From: a bacterium
Lineage (GTDB): Bacteria; UBA8248
Length of the DNA stretch: 64,000 nt
Assembly (NCBI GenBank): GCA_965213685.1
Contig: CBDBZY010000018.1
Coordinates: forward strand, 416,001-480,000
Reading direction: 5' to 3'
Part shown: positions 46,452 through 62,000 of the stretch, in pieces
Position numbering within the stretch: the stretch's first letter is position 1
Layout: every line of letters starts with the position of its first letter
Made by a program: the position numbers and the translations under genes
Notes under the pieces: generated by a model
What the model was told of the DNA's origin: nothing
The model's input: only the letters and a program-made list of their open reading frames with translations
Database searches by the model: none

Positions 46452-47051
46452 TGTGACCGGATCTGCGAAAACTGACCACTTTGTACCCGCTATCGAAATC
46501 GAGATAGCGCAATGAATGATGTCATTGAGGTGTGGTCTAGGTCTGGTGAAAATTTGGAAGCGATCGCCTGTATAGTTTTGGAGATACAGTCCTTAGAAGC
46601 ACGGAGAGTCAGTGAATTTAGACGCACGTGTTTTCCAGAAAACGGGCGTTTATTGCGGTTGCTAGGGCGTGTTTTGCGTAGTCCGTATACTTCCGCGATA
46701 CTTACAGTTTTTACACGCGTACTCGTGTTTACTTGTAATCGACTGATTCTCCATACGATATAGCCATTGGGCAAGCTACAAGTCGTTAGCGTAGCTTGTA
46801 GATCATGTTCTTCGGCTTAGCAACGCACATCGTATACTATACTAGACTATAACTGGGCGCTCGAATAGGCTGCATGTTTCACGCTATAGCGCTCAAACGG
46901 AAGTGCTGATGACTGTCAAACTCCACCACGATGTAGCTAAAGGACCCAAGATTACAGTGGCATAATAAAAAAAGTTTGGGTCTGGAACTACATGACCACG
47001 TTCAAACGCCCGTATCTCTAATGTACATATTTTACAAGGTGGTCGGTTTTC
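46452..47051. mobile_element. Non-autonomous TIR element starting TGTGACCGGATC; right TIR truncated
   Basis: GAAAACTGACCAC pairs with GTGGTCGGTTTTC. Absent from the equivalent site in unit 1 (~42005). Confidence 0.6.
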
Positions 47052-47290
47052 ATATGACAATTCCTAAACCACAAACCACTGCTCTCTTCCTAATAAGGCA
47101 CACCCATACAGCCACCAGTTTGTGTGTGTGTGTGTGCATGTGCTGAGGTGCTTCAGTGTGTGTGTGTGTGTGGAAGGGAAACAGGGGTACGGAGGGGAAT
47201 GTACATGTACATGGGCCTCTACTAGCTGTGCTAATCTACATGTACTGCACCATGCAACAAAATTGTCTGTCTCTCCCCCCCCCCCCCCCC

Positions 47291-47395
<105 letters not shown>

Positions 47396-47599
47396 CTCTG
47401 ACCCCTCACCCCTCACTTCACTCCTCACAGATGCTGGATATCCTGGAACAAATAATCAAATCCAGAGGTTATGTACGTGAAGCACTGTATTTGCTGCCCA
47501 CCGACCCATATTTATGAGCAATCGATAACCGAGACACAGATACACTGAAGGTTTCCTTTGCTTGACATTTTTCCACCTGTGCTTTCTCTTGTGTCTGTT

Positions 47600-48204
47600 T
47601 GAGAGTGTATAAATGCTGGACTGGACTGGACTGGATTACTAATTTAAGCATGCAAGTGTATTGGGACTTGGGAGAGGGGTCTGCGGGAACACTGGAAGAC
47701 TTGCCATCACTTAATGCCCACTCTGGTCACCCTTTGCAGCCTCATTCTCAGGCCTTGCACTCATTTCCAGACAGAAAAAGCTACACATACACTGTACACA
47801 TACGCTATGAGGAGAGATTGGTCCGCAAATGAAGAGCACTGGTCTGCTCTTCATTGGTTAGAGACTGTTTACACACTAGGCAAGAAAATTTGGTTGGTGA
47901 ACAAGCCTCACTCGTAACTGTAATGAGTACTGTTCTACTGTGTGCAGGTGAGCTCTAAATGGTGAGTCTGGTTCCCAGACCAGTGCTCTCCATTCGTGGA
48001 CCAAGTTCTCCTCATAGTGCATGCATGTGCACCATGTCTGGAAACAAGTGCAAAGTCTGAGAATGAGGCTGCAGAGGGTGATCAGAGTGGGCATTTTGTG
48101 ATGGCAAGTCTTCCAGTGTTCTCCGCAGAGTCACTCTCTCAATACGCGTGCATGCTTAACTAGCTAGTCCAGTATTCCAGTCCAGTCCATAGTTTATACA
48201 CTCC
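47600..48204. mobile_element. Long-TIR foldback element (partial copy at ~42165-42605)
   Basis: 47600-47845 is an imperfect reverse complement of 47980-48204 (GAGTGTATAAA..TGGACTGGAC termini). Confidence 0.75.
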
Positions 48205-49900
48205 AGTTCAGTTTGCCAGTCTCTCTCTCCTGCCAGCCTGTCTATCTCTCTGCCTGTCTCTCTGTCTGTCTGTCTCTGTCTCACTGTCTGTCTGTTGTCT
48301 GTTCTGCTGTCTATTGGTTTCTACACTCTCGTTCTGTTTGCTTGTCTGCCTGTCTGTCTGCCAGTCTCCCTGTCTGTCTGTCTCTGTCTCCCCGTCCATC
48401 TGTTTGTCTGTTCTGCTGTCCCTATTGGAACTCTCTCTTGCCTTTCATATTTCTTTTTCTTCTCACCACAGAACAAGTATAGATGTGCCACTTCATTTTG
48501 ATGGTGGGTCAGTGGAATCTCCCGACTACAAGTGTGGCTACAAGTACACTGCAGGCAAGTATAGCAGCCTTTCATGCAGCCACAGAGAGCAAGCGGTGGC
48601 TATCTTCTCAGAGTGAGTGGTTCTGGTGAGATACATGTTCACTGCACACCTCAATCACTGATACTTGTCCACTGCAGTGGCTGTTCTCAGCTGCGTTGAT
48701 GGGTGGGAAGAGACAGTGAGGAAGGAATTACTGAAGCTGAGACAAGAAACATTGCTGACATCATGACTGCTTTTAAATTCATTGTGAATGTATGCTGTTA
48801 TGTACATATACATGTAATTAATTTTCTCCTGCCACTTCCTGCGCAACATACCGCGTATAAAGGGCTCACAGTGGCGTTTAACTCCATGAGTACTGATATA
48901 CATGTACATGTGCCATAGATATCCCATGGATGGGACTTTGAACTCGTGTGAATAGCAGATCCTTTGGTACGTTTATTGATGCGTAGCTCCACGGACGAAG
49001 AAGGAAAGGTCGACATAAAAACGATGGCCGTTTCGAAAAAGATGAACGTGTGAAGACGTGCGTTTCCAAGACGTTAGAGACTTACATGTACGCGTACCGC
49101 GTACTGCTGCGGGTGAGCTGCATAAGATGATCTACCAGCTTGCTGGACACAAAGGCAGAAGCGGCATTTCAGGAACCGAGCAGTGAGTGTGTGCTCTCAC
49201 TCTCACGCTGTTGACAGTCTCTCTCACTGACGGACGTTAGACATTAGACAGTGTTGGTGTCAGTCTTATACATGTCTACTCACTTGCTCTGCATACGCAC
49301 ATTATGCATACATATTGCTGTACATGTACATGTTACGTTGTCTCTACTACTGCTACATGTACCATCTTTCATTTTCTTGTTATACCTCATTCCTCTACCT
49401 CAAACTTTGTCTATTCTATTCCTATTCCTATCACATAATTATTGAGAGCCGCTAGTTATATGCACGTCTTGCGTATGCATGCACATTTCTATTTACTCTC
49501 TCCCTCCCTCCCTCCCTCCTCACTATCTCTGTCCTTCTCATTGACAAGGACATTTTGATATTTTAGTATTACTGCCAGTCAAAAGAATGTTCCAACATAC
49601 ACATATACATGTAAATCCTGTTGGAGAACAATGCTCTCTTGTCAGACTGTACTAACTGTTGTTAACTGTGATGTCATCTGTGTGTCTCTTTATAGCATGT
49701 ATAGTGATGTAATGGTGTAGGCTTATATAGAACTTTGTGTTGGCTGTGTAGTTCCAGCACACATGTTCATAAGAGTCAGTGCAATCACTTATTATCAAAG
49801 CCGAGTCAGTCGCAAGTGCTTCTCTTTGCAACATACCCATCCCTTAATTACACCATTCACATTTCACTTGGTATATTCCTTCCCCACAACCACATGCGTG

Positions 49901-49952
<52 letters not shown>

Positions 49953-50148
49953 AGATACAACCCCCTGTGACACCTTACCTTTTACCTTCACCTTCAGCTG
50001 ATACCAATTCTTCCTCTTCCTTCCCCCACTTCCCCCCTTTGTTCTTCATCCTTACCTTTCTCCCTCTCCTGCTCACCCACCAAGATAAGATACTATTCCA
50101 ACTATGTCCCTGCCCCATGCTGTGATGAGCTAGTGAGGTGGTGCCTAC

Positions 50149-53100
50149 CTTCACTCTCTCTCCTCTGCCGTTCTTCCTCCAACTTGGACCCACTCAGGAC
50201 ATTAGTTAGTGTCCACTTATCTTCCTCTTCACACTCTGCAGTGGAGGCAGAGATACATGTGCAGTTACCTAGGCAACCCTCTTGCCAGTAATTAGTGCAG
50301 TACTCCTCCCTCTGCCCACAGAGGAGATCACATTACATCATCCACTCACACCTGACATCCTGTGCATAGTGCACTATGTACCCACAGGGAGGACATGCCA
50401 CAGCCTTGTACATGTACATACCATCTCACCACATCTCCTACTGCTACTGCTGCCCACAGCATCACTCCAGAGTGAGCAGCGTGGCCAGTCCCCACTCCAC
50501 TCACTGCCACAGTGCCCATCATGCTGCCTACCACACTCACTCCACTCACCAAACTCCAGGACTGTGGTGTCAGAGAGCAGCGGCCAGTCATGTCCTGAGG
50601 TGTACTTGGTAGGGTTATCGGAGATTCCAGCCACAGCCACCACCAACTTCTTTGTAGGAGTAAGGTGGATCACTCCACCACCATGCAAGCACCGTGGAGT
50701 CAGGGATCCTGGGGGAAGGAGTACCTGTAGGGAGGGGAACAAGAGAACACTCAAATGTACAGCAGTCCACACAATTGTCTGCTGCTCCACTGCTTACTGT
50801 TGGCTGTCAGTGGAAGTGTGTTGTGTATTATCTCAAAGGCTGCACATCACCTCCTACACACCCACTGCATTCACTGCTCTCCAGTAATGGAGCAGCCCAT
50901 TCCTCACTACTCTCTCCCTCTCCATACCACACAACTCTACACCACATGACTTCTCTACATGCACTGCACACACTGCCATATGCTCTCCACATGCCAACCT
51001 CTATCCACTCACATGCCACGCCTACTCACCTGGGTTGGCTGCACAGGACAATACCACACACACCACAACACACCATCACTACTGGTATAGGGGCAGGCTT
51101 ACAAGGGGAAGTGTTCAGCTGAGCACTAGCCACACATGCAGTGTGAAGATCATTGCCACACAATAGCACCACTAAGGGGACATCAACACACTCACTGCCT
51201 CATGAGCTCACAGCTCACTCACCTCCTCCCACTGGATGGCGTTAATATTGAAGAGCCACACATCTCCCAGTGGCTCGCCTGATCTGGTCTCACCTCCCAC
51301 CATCACCATACATGGGTGAGGTGGGTCTCTGTCTGGATCCCACAGACTGTAGGCTGTGTGTCTAGTCCTCTCCTCAGGCCATGGCTGGCCTGTCTGAGGT
51401 AGCACTGGTCCAGTCCAGTGCTGGAGAGGGAGAACAATTTGAAAACACTTTGAGAACATGTAATTCACTCATGCTCCAGCTCAGTAAGGCACCCTCCCCT
51501 CTCTACACTGCCTGTATAGACTCACACTACTAGCTAGCCACACATGCCAGCCCATGTACATGGAACATGTACCTGCAAACCTCTTCTCCCATGCACACTA
51601 ACTGGCATGTACACTGTACATACATGTACACTGTATGTAGTTTACATGTAGATTCTGTCTCATCGTGATAAGAGCAACATCTTGTCCACTACTCTATCAG
51701 TTACTATGCATGTACAGACCACTATTGGGTTCCACCAGAGACAATATATTACTGTATGCATGTCCATATTCACGTGTGTATGCTCATATTCATGTACATG
51801 TGTGTGCATGTGATGGTGTCTTGTGCAGGGGACAGTGTCTCCTGTAGCACTGCTCTACATGTATGTACTGCCAGACCTGCCACTCCTCATTCCAACTCAC
51901 AGGCCATGCTCCCCTCTCTACACTGGCTCATGGCTGATGACTGAACACACACTCTCTTCCCTGCACTGACTCATACCAGGTATCTAGGCCCACACTAGCC
52001 TCACATCACATCATTGCAATCATATTACACTGATAGATAAATGTACACACATGGAGAAGGCACTAATTATGTGTTTTATTGTTCAAACAACTGAACTACA
52101 TAAGCAGTAGGCCACGGGTGATCTCAGACAGTACATTATTAATTAGGTACAACTATATCTCAGCCACTCACCCATGCCACAGTGTCCAGGATGAACACTG
52201 CATTTGTCCTCCTCCTCCTCTCCCCATCAAACCCACCAAACCACACGACTCTTCTCCTGTCCACTCTAGTGAGGGTCATGCTGTCAGATGGAGGAGGAGT
52301 CCTACCAGTGGTGGGTGGAGTGGACCACTGACCTGGAGGGGGAGGGAGGGAGTCGTCTGGGACTAGCCACACCCACTGGCCTGGGGACACTGTTCACATG
52401 ATCCACCAACACCCACCAGGTAAGGCACAAGGCACTCTGCTCCTCACAACCATCTACACCACTACATACTGACATGTACTAGTCAACATGTGAGGAGCTC
52501 TGCAATGCTCTCACTGTACTTGCTCTATTTGATTCTTTTACCATAAAATCGAACTCTGTTGCTGTTGGGGTAGGCGAATGGGAAATATGTAAACAATTAA
52601 CCTCTTATTCACAGACTGTAGTGGTATTGTGGGCATGGGAGTGAATACAGTTCATAGTTGACACAGAAGAGGTGCCTGGCTCTGCAATGCTCTGACTGTA
52701 CTTCATTTGAATATTTTACTATGAAATATTTTGTTGGGGCCAATGGGAACTATCTCAAATAAGTAAACATTGAAACTTCCTGTTTATCATAGACAGTGGT
52801 GTAGTGGTATTGTGGGCATGGGAATGAATACAATTCATAGTTGACACAGAAGAGGTGCCTGGCTGACTGTCCAAACATGAGCATGCCAGGCTGATTGCCT
52901 GACATGATACAGGTACATACATGTACATAGCAGAGGGTGAGGGATGTGACTTGTGTAGAGCAGCATACATAGTCACATCATTTGCATGCCCACCTCATGT
53001 GGTGAGAGGTAGCATGTCTGTGCATATATGTATGCTAGAATAACTGACATGGTTACCAGGTACACAGGAGGAGAGAGAGTGCTTCCTTACTAGGAAGCAT

Positions 53101-54688
53101 ACTATTACCATGCCTGGCCAGGCTGTGTGGGTGTTTCCCAACTGTCTATGATGGGGCACAGAGACCACCTCCACCCTAACTAACAGCTCCTCCTCAAGCA
53201 GCCACTGCTAGAGAGGCAGCACTGCAGCACAGAAGAGACAGCCTAGCACCAAACATTACTAACTAGAGGAGTGATGCAGCCGAGGAGGGCCTTGGAAACA
53301 AGAGAGACATGTCTACAGCAGATGAGCTCATATCAGCTCCCACGACTGCTCCTGAGACTGCACTGGAGGGAGAAGCTCGGCTGCAGTAGAGACACATTAT
53401 ATATAATTGCTTAAAAATAGATTGGCCTCTGAGACAATAGACAGGAGAGAGGTCCAGCTATGCAGTCCAGTTAGAGTTGATAACAACTCCTCAGCATAAG
53501 AGATTGTTCAGTGATAGTAGTAGACAGAGGGAACTGCAGAAATTCCATATCCATTCATATGCAGGGCACACTCCCACTAGGGGGTCTGGGAGAATGCCAC
53601 TGAGTGAATTATTGAAGTACAGACACTCTCAGATGGATTCTGAGGCATTCTGCAAGTAGTCATAGCCATTCCCATTATTTTGTTGGGGAGGGGGAGGGAT
53701 GAAGTTGCTTTCTTGTGGGAGGGGGTGATATTCTAGGCCTTTTCCTCCCCCTGCATGAACCCCTGCTGATTTTACAACGCAACTGTACCCCATACACATG
53801 GCCACATGTACAATCATGCATACCTTACTGCACGTAATGATATCCTAAAAATTGAGGTACATAGGAGAGGGCAAGGAAAAGGTATAACTGATCTGCAGCA
53901 CATGACCACACTTATGCATATTACATGATGCATTACCGGTAATTGGTTTCTAATCCTCAAGTACACATACTTTGAGTAAGGATGTCATGCTCTGGCAGCA
54001 ATCAGTTGTCTCTATCTGCACTGAGTGTGTGGTCTGTGTCTGGTGTTATTACATGAGGCCATGTGTAGAGGTCAGCTCATACATGCAGTGGACCAGTTGT
54101 AACCTCATGCACAGCATGTGAGGTAGAGTAAAGGTACTGACAGTCCATGCACACACCTGACTCAGTGTTGTAGTACAGGAGCTGATTGGTCCATCCTCGA
54201 CCATCACTGTCCAGTGGATCAGGAATGAAGCCTGTCATTGGCTGGTGGGTAGGACGTTCTGCGACACCTCCAGCAGTGAGTAGATGTCCATTAGGCAATG
54301 CAACAAGACCAGAGTTCGCAGTGCGTAGCATTTGGCCAGTGTTGACAATTCTCTTCCATACAAAGTTTTGGGAGTTGAAAACAGAGAGCTCATTGCAGAA
54401 GCCTGGGCCACCACAGTGGCCGCCCATGAAGTACACATTTGTGTGGTACGAGGTGACTGCGGCACCTCGGATCCATGATGGCAGCTCACCAGATGTCGGA
54501 TATTTCTTCCATGATAAGGTCACACCATTGAACATCTCCACTTCTCGTGGTAGTGTGAACATGCTGTGCTGGAATGACTTAAGCATGCCCCTAAACATCC
54601 AGAGTTGCGAGCCAACCGAAAATGTTGGTGCATCATAACGTTCCTCAGGCTCATATGAGCCAGTTGGCTGTGCAGGAGGCTCAGCCAT
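50149..54688 (-). CDS. Kelch-repeat protein, copy B (exons ~54688-54157, 52333-52172, 51421-51223, 50724-50550, 50236-50149; 3' end uncertain)
   Basis: Kelch blades: EPEERYDA, YFMGG, LLTAGG, VWFGG, WPEERTRHTA..MVMVGG..LGDVWLFNI...W, PRCLHGG. GT/AG boundaries. Confidence 0.82.
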
Positions 54689-56332
54689 GGCTGGATCTGG
54701 GGAGAGGGGGGAGGGGGAGATAGCCACTGAGTGAAGTTTTAGCCATGACAATACACATTTGTAGAAGTACACATGTATATGTGAACATCTTTCAGGTCTG
54801 ATTTGAGACAGTGGAACAAGATTGTAAGCTACAAACACTTGTAGTACGTGCAGCATGTGCAGTAGGCATATCTCAACACACGTGGGTATCAGTGCACTGG
54901 GCAGTGCTTCAAACTGTGTAAGGCAAACTAGGCAAATGCAGTCCAGTGTTGTGGCCAGGCTCACACCACTTGCAAGAGGTTGCTAAACTGAGAGAAGAAA
55001 CCCCTTTATGTAGCCTTACCATCTAACTAGGTACTGAGGTTTCTATGCACAGTGGGGGAAATCCCATGATGTATTGTACTATGAGCTAATCCCATCATGT
55101 GATGGATTTCATGGCTGCACACAACGACATTCTGGGGCCATCTCATGCTGCTTGATGTCTGACCTTTATCACTCTTTGCTAATGCTAGACATGTACCTCA
55201 AAGGGTGAAGTTACCATGAAGATACTATGTGTATACTGTCCACAGACCATTACAGTTGCTGACATGAGGAATGAGGAGCAGGAGTTTTGTGCAGTGGGTG
55301 GAGACCTGATGCAGCAATGAGTGAAATACTATGCACATTGAAGGAATGTCAGCGCATAATGATAGCGAGACCTGGCATGTAGGGGTGGGAGTATAGAGCA
55401 AGGAATGGTGCCCTAACAGTAGCGGGTTCAAGCGGTAGAAACGTCTCATTTATTAGAAACCAAGTCAAGGGGCGATGGCTACTCTGAGCGTTACAGTCCT
55501 ACTGTTAGGGGAGAGGCTTGCTATGGTACACAGAGGGATGTATTCTGAGCCAAGGACTGTCCGCTGAGCGGGGCAAAGGTTAGGGCCGCGCTTGTATATG
55601 TGAGAAAGCAAGTGACGCTCGGACTGGCAACGGGGAAAGGATGCTCGGATCATCCGATGTGTGACGGAACAAGGTCTGAGAGCTAGGCTTGACACTACTC
55701 TAGTCCTACCATGCAATCACAAGAGTGACAAAATGTCTAAAGGCTCTTGCCACTTGTTCCCACAGAGATACACATTGTGGCTTCGCGATCGCTGCCGGCC
55801 GCAGCGCTTATGATGTATGCAAAGGTAGGCGGAGATCTATACCCCGCGCAAATTCTAAGCCTTTGGCCGTAAACTTATTATGGCTCACTCTTTTCTGGGT
55901 TCTCCTAGCCAGTTGAATGCTCCCTTTGTTTTATCTTGCACGGCGAGGTTCACTCCGATCTGCCCCACCCTTTGCTCGATAGTTTCCTCTTAGTATACGG
56001 ATATACGCGACGTTGAGTCTCATGCAAAACCGGAAGTTCCGTGGGGAATATTGCTCAGCTCACATGAGGGTGACAAGCCAGCAATTCGAAGGCGCCGGCA
56101 AAACGCTGTGTTTCTGAGGTGAATATTGAGCTATGGCGTCCAAGACTGTCACTTTTTTTCTACTGTCTCTCTACTGTATGGCTCGATCTGTTGTCTTTTA
56201 TTCATTAATTTTGTCGTATGTTTGCTAGTTTGCGAACATTGAAGCGTCGATCCTAGTCGTTTTTTTTTTTTCCAGCACATTTGACGGCTATTGTTTTTAC
56301 GTCAGCTCTCGCTTGCTTAGATGCTCCAGATT

Positions 56333-56364
<32 letters not shown>

Positions 56365-56819
56365 ACACGCACATTTTCGCCATCCACGCCTACTAAAGAG
56401 ACACGTGAGTTACTCAGTACACGAATCAGGCGGCAAGTATTCATAGCGCCTAGTGTAGCTCGCCTCCTATCAAGAATACTATTGCTAAGCATAAGTATTC
56501 TAGCTATTTGCCTTGAGCGAGCCAAACGTATTTTCCGTGTACGCATGCGCTCGAGACTATAACTTTTGACGTTGCGTGCTCGTGTTCGCAATGGTTTGCC
56601 ACAATGAGAGTCAGGCCCCTTGTATGAACTACATTCCGACTCTTCTGCATAATTATTATTATAGGCTGTCACTTTCAGGCCTGATTTTTCTTTCCGACTA
56701 TACTTTTGTTTCATGCATATTTCTACTATGATCTCTAGAGGTGAATAAAGTGGCAGGTGAGAGGGGTATAGCTATGACAACAAAGAGTCGGTACAGCGTA
56801 GTACATAGGAAAACGACAC

Positions 56820-59065
56820 AGACCATTTTGGAATACACATCAGACTTGTTCTCAAGCCATCTACTATGCACCCAAGAAGCTCAAAACCTTGTTGAAGAAT
56901 GATATGGAGATGTGCTCATGCAGACTTTCCTCTTGCACAGCAACTACTTTTTGAAGTAGACTGGGACAGGATCATTACAGATGATGTTGACTCCTCATGG
57001 CTGAATTGGCAATCCAAATTCCTTGAAATAATGGAGATCTGCATCCCCAAAAAAGTACTTCCCTCTAAACACCGCAACCTTCCATGGCTAACCAAGAGAA
57101 TTGTGCGGGCAATGTGCCGAAAAAATGCTCTATTTAAACGGGCCATGAGAAGTAGAGCTGATTCTGACTATGCCAAATACCGTGAAGCAAGGAATAATGT
57201 TGTGAGTAGTCTCAGATCTGCCAAGAGTGCCTACTCTCATAAACCATCTAATTCTAAGAAGTTTTGGCAAGCAGTGAATGTCTCAACAAGAACTGCTCTT
57301 CTATCCCCACCCTGACACTTAACAACGTAAGTTATGAGTCAGATGAAGACAAAGCTGCTGTTCTCAACTCACATTTTATCAGTTGCTTCAACAATACTGT
57401 TGAACCATTACAAGTACCAGATGAAGAAACATACATTTCTCACCAAGTCCCTGTGGATCTGTCCAACATTATGTGCAGTGAAGAGGAAGTTGATGCAATG
57501 CTTCATTCACTTGACACTACTAAGGCAAATGGCAAGGATGGAATTTCAGCTCGAATGCTCAAGGAAACTGCTGCTGCAATTGCTCCTTCAATAACAAAAC
57601 TCTTTAATTTATCTATCCAACTCTGTTGTGTACCTTATGCCTGGAAAGATGCAATTGTTATGCCTATTCCTAAAAAGCAGGGTGCCAAGACCCCCACAGA
57701 ATTTAGACCAATATCTTTGCTCCCAATTCTAAGCGAGGTCCTTGAAAGACACTTCTATTTGCTAATCTCAGAGCACATAAGTGACCACTCTCCCCTTTCT
57801 ACCTGCCAATTCGGCTTTCAGTCTGGGAAGTCTACCATTTCTGCCTTACTGTCAGTGACACAGGACTGGTTCAGACAGCTGGAGAAGAGACAAGAGATAG
57901 GGGCAGTGTTTTTTGATTTAAAAAAAAAAGCTTTTGACTCTGTTCCACATCTCCCACTGGTTGATAAGCTTTATAAACTTGAACTTCATCGTTATATCAT
58001 TAAATGGGTTCATCACTATTTAGCTGACAGAAAACAGAGTGTGGTGGTGAATGGAGCATCATCAAACCCATTAAGAGTTACATCTGGTGTGCCCCAAGGA
58101 TCAATCTTAGGTCCACTACTCTTCTTTACATTGACGATATTTCACACATCTCATTATCTGAGGGATCTAAACTGGTTCTGTATGCTGATGACATTCTCCT
58201 GTACCACCCCATTTCATCGCGATGGGACTATGAATTACTCCAATGTGATGTAGATGCTGTGCAGGCCTATGCTTCTACTCAACATATGACCCTCAATACA
58301 ACCAAGTGCATATTCATGTTGGTGTCTCGAATGAATAGGCCCAGCATTCCAATTGTCACCATCTCTCTCTATGGAGTACCACTTGAGAACGTCACCACTT
58401 TCCAGTACTTAGGTGTACTGCTGTCTTCTGCTCAAGTCACATACAAAAAAAACTTGTTCAAAGGCAAGGCAGCTATTGGGACTCCTTTATAGGAGATTTT
58501 ACAGACATTCAAGTGAACAAACTCTACGTCAACTCTACATTTCAGTAGTACTTCCACATTTGAAGTATGGTTCATCCGTGTGGTCTCCCCATCTGCAAAA
58601 GGATGTCACTATGTTGGAAAAGAACTCAACATTTTGCTTGTAAAATATGCACAAAACTATGGGATTCCAACTACTATGAGCTCCTTGACTGACTTCGAGT
58701 TCCAACCCTAGCTAATCGCAGGCTGCACACTGACCTGTGTTTGCTGTATAAGATCGTCTATGGAATAATATACTTTCCACCTGACATAATCATTCCTAGT
58801 GCCAGGGTCACACACAGTACTCACTGTCACTTACTTCACCAGCCATTTGCACATGTAGATGCCTACCTTAATTCTTTTGTTCCTAGGTCTATATCTTTGT
58901 GGAACTCATTACCTAACTCTGTTGTATCCTTATCCTCTTTCACTAGATTTCAGTGTACTTTATCATTATGTACCTTATAGGGTACACATTCTCATTAGCT
59001 CCTGCTACTCTGTGTATCCATGCTCTACAACTAAATTGTCTTAGAAATTGTCATAGAAAAAAAAA
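56820..59065 (+). mobile_element. Decayed CR1-group LINE (5' truncated, frameshifted RT)
   Basis: FRPISLL, QFGF, FFDLKKKAFDSV, SGVPQGSILGP, YADD in a shifted frame, YLGV; poly-A end. Confidence 0.92.
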
Positions 59066-59069
59066 GTAA

Positions 59070-62000
59070 TGCAGAAAAAAGACAACGTGTACTGCAATTG
59101 TTTAATGAGTATAATAATAATAAGAACAATAAACAAAGGGATACAAAGATAGTCTTAAGCTAATACTATGTATACCCTATGACAAAATGTTTACATAGAC
59201 AACGTTTAAAAGTAGAGATGGAGTTACAACATGGAAAGGAGGCAGGTAGTTCATTCCACATACGTACTGAAAAAGAAGAGAGGTATTGGCGAGTATGCCC
59301 ACTAAGATAATGCAAATGATGGCTATGTGATGCACGAGTTGAATAGTACATTTGACGTTGCACAAGTGGTGGTTCTGTAAAGTAGGTCATGTTGTAATAT
59401 ACTTATAGAGCAAAACGAGTTTCATTCTCTTGCGTCTCACTTGTAGAGTATGCAGTAACTCTTCATAGCTCCAGTGCCATTGCTTTGTGCATACTTTTGC
59501 CGCAAATGTTTGCACCTTCTCCAGCAGCTGAATATCTTTTTGCAAGAAAGGGTCCCACACAGTGCATGCATACTCCAAATGTGGATGAATTAGCAATAGA
59601 TAGAGATGCTTCATAGTGTTTGTGTCAGCGTACTGGTAGAATTGCCTGTACACTAGTCCAACAAGTCGTCGAGCTCTTTGACTGACAAGCTGAACATGTC
59701 TACTCCACATGAGGTCATTGGTGAGGTTAATGCCAAGATATGTGATGGTATTACACTCCTCTATGTGGTGACCATTCAGTAAGAGAGTTGGAAGGACGCA
59801 TCTCTTTCTTTTTCTTGACACCACCATATAGGCTTACACTTCTGTTCATTGAAAGTGTGATGGTTTGAATTGCACCAGGCACTAAGGGAGTCAATGTCTT
59901 CTTGCAGGAATTTGTAATTGTTTCCAGAGGTGACTGGCCGATACAAAAGGATGCCATCAGCATAGAGAAGCAGTTTACTCTCATGTGAGAGATTGACAGA
60001 GTTAATGTCACTCATGAAAACGATAAACAGTAAAGGACCCAAGACTGATCCTTGAGGAACTCCTGATGTAATGGGCAGACTACGTGAAATAGAGCCATTT
60101 AGAACAGTACATTGTTTCCTGTCTGTAAGGTAGTCAGATATCCAGGCTATAAGAAATGGATCAAGGTTGATATCAACCAGTTTTTGTAAAAGATGTTGAT
60201 GTGGTACTGAATCAAAGGCCTTTTTAATATCAAAAAAGATAGCAGCAACTTCATTTCCCTCTTCTAGTTGTATCAACCAGTCATCTGTAACTTTTATAAA
60301 GGCACTAGTAGTTGACCTTTGTGGCAGAAATCCCCATTGTTTTGATGGAGGTGGGCAAAGAGACTCAAGATTTTTAGCAACTCTGTTATAAATAATTTTC
60401 TCCAACACTTTACTCACAACTGAGAGTAAAGATATGGGTCTATAGTTGGAAGGTGAAGTACTGTTGGACCCTTTGGGGATTGGCAATATATTTGAGATCT
60501 TCCAAACTGATGGGATTTTTTCATGCTTAATCATCTTGTTAAAGAGTCCAGCAAGTATTGGGGAAATACTCCCAACTGTGCCTTTCAGAATTCGAACAGA
60601 GATTTGGTCAGGACCTGAGGCTTTAGACACATCCAGTCTCCAAATAATGTACATGACTTCCTCTTCATTACACATGAGGTACTCAGGACAGGTGTTTGTG
60701 TCATGGTGGAATCGCACAGGGTCAGAGCTAAGAGGGGGTAATGCTGAATTAAAGCAGCTACAGAAAAACTGGTTGAGAATGTTTGCCTTGTCTTCATTAG
60801 AGGTAATGGGCTACCCATCGTCATATAATACTGGAATTGATGAAGTAGTTTTGCCTCTCAGTAGCTTTACAGTTTTCCAAAAAGCCTTGGTGTTTGTAGG
60901 TCTAACATTCTGCACAAAACGTTTCTTGTTAAAATGCAGCACACTTATACAACTTCATTTCGCAGCTTTCTATACTTTGGAAGATATGAAGTGTTTGTCT
61001 TTAACTTCTTCCAGTAATAATTTCGGATTTTCATTTTCTGTCTTATTGATTTTGTGACCCATGGAAGGCTTCTGTTGTTTTGAATAGTGCTTTGAGGTAT
61101 ATATACGTATATACACTCTTCAAGAATGGACATGAACTTCTCATACCAGAGATGCCATAGATCATCAATGTTACCAGATGAACATTGCAATAATATATCC
61201 CAGTTGACAGCATCAATGAGTTCACAGGCTCTATCAAGGTCTGCTTGAGAATAGTTCCAACATTTCCTAGGCAGAACTCTACTGGGAAATTTTTTTCTTC
61301 TGATAGTAAGACATAGTCCACTGTAGTCAGAGTTTGAAAGTGGTGGAATGACACAGCATGACTGCAGTAAGCTTAGATTAGATAGAAGTGCCAGGTCAAT
61401 CATACTTGCTTTTCCAGAAACACAACCCCGAGTGGGTTCCTGTACAACTTGAGTCAGATAATAACTGCTGAGTATAGTTTGCAAAGAGTGATACAAAGGA
61501 GAAGATGAGTCAAGATAATCTACATTAAAATCCCCTATCAATACAAAAATTTAATTTGAGAAATGAACTTGATGCAAAAATAAAGAAAGACTATGTAGAT
61601 CTGTGTAAACAGAAACAGGAGGAACATACAGAACACACACACACACCACAAGCTCTGACCATCAAACAATTTTATACCTAGCAGCTCCAGATTTTCAGGA
61701 CCATTGTACACAACGCAGAAGGAGAGATTATTCCTAATATAAAGCATAACACCACCACCATGTCTGTCCCTATCTCGTCTAACCAGATTATAGCCATTGA
61801 TTATGAGTTCTGAGTCAGATATAGAGTCATATAACCATGTTTCCACTATACAAACAATGTCAGGAGTTGTATCAGAACAAATGAGTTTTGGGATAATACT
61901 TCTAGCATTGTAGTACAAAGCAGTGAGAGTCACAAGCTTTTTGAAGGAATTAGGAGCTACTTTAGCAGTGCCAGAAGCTACTACCGGTCTTAAAAGGACT

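Noticed and set aside
56899-61933. RT genes as a retron or diversity-generating retroelement acting on the Kelch exon
   Set aside because: They are ordinary frameshifted CR1-group LINEs, and the Kelch differences are not adenine-specific.
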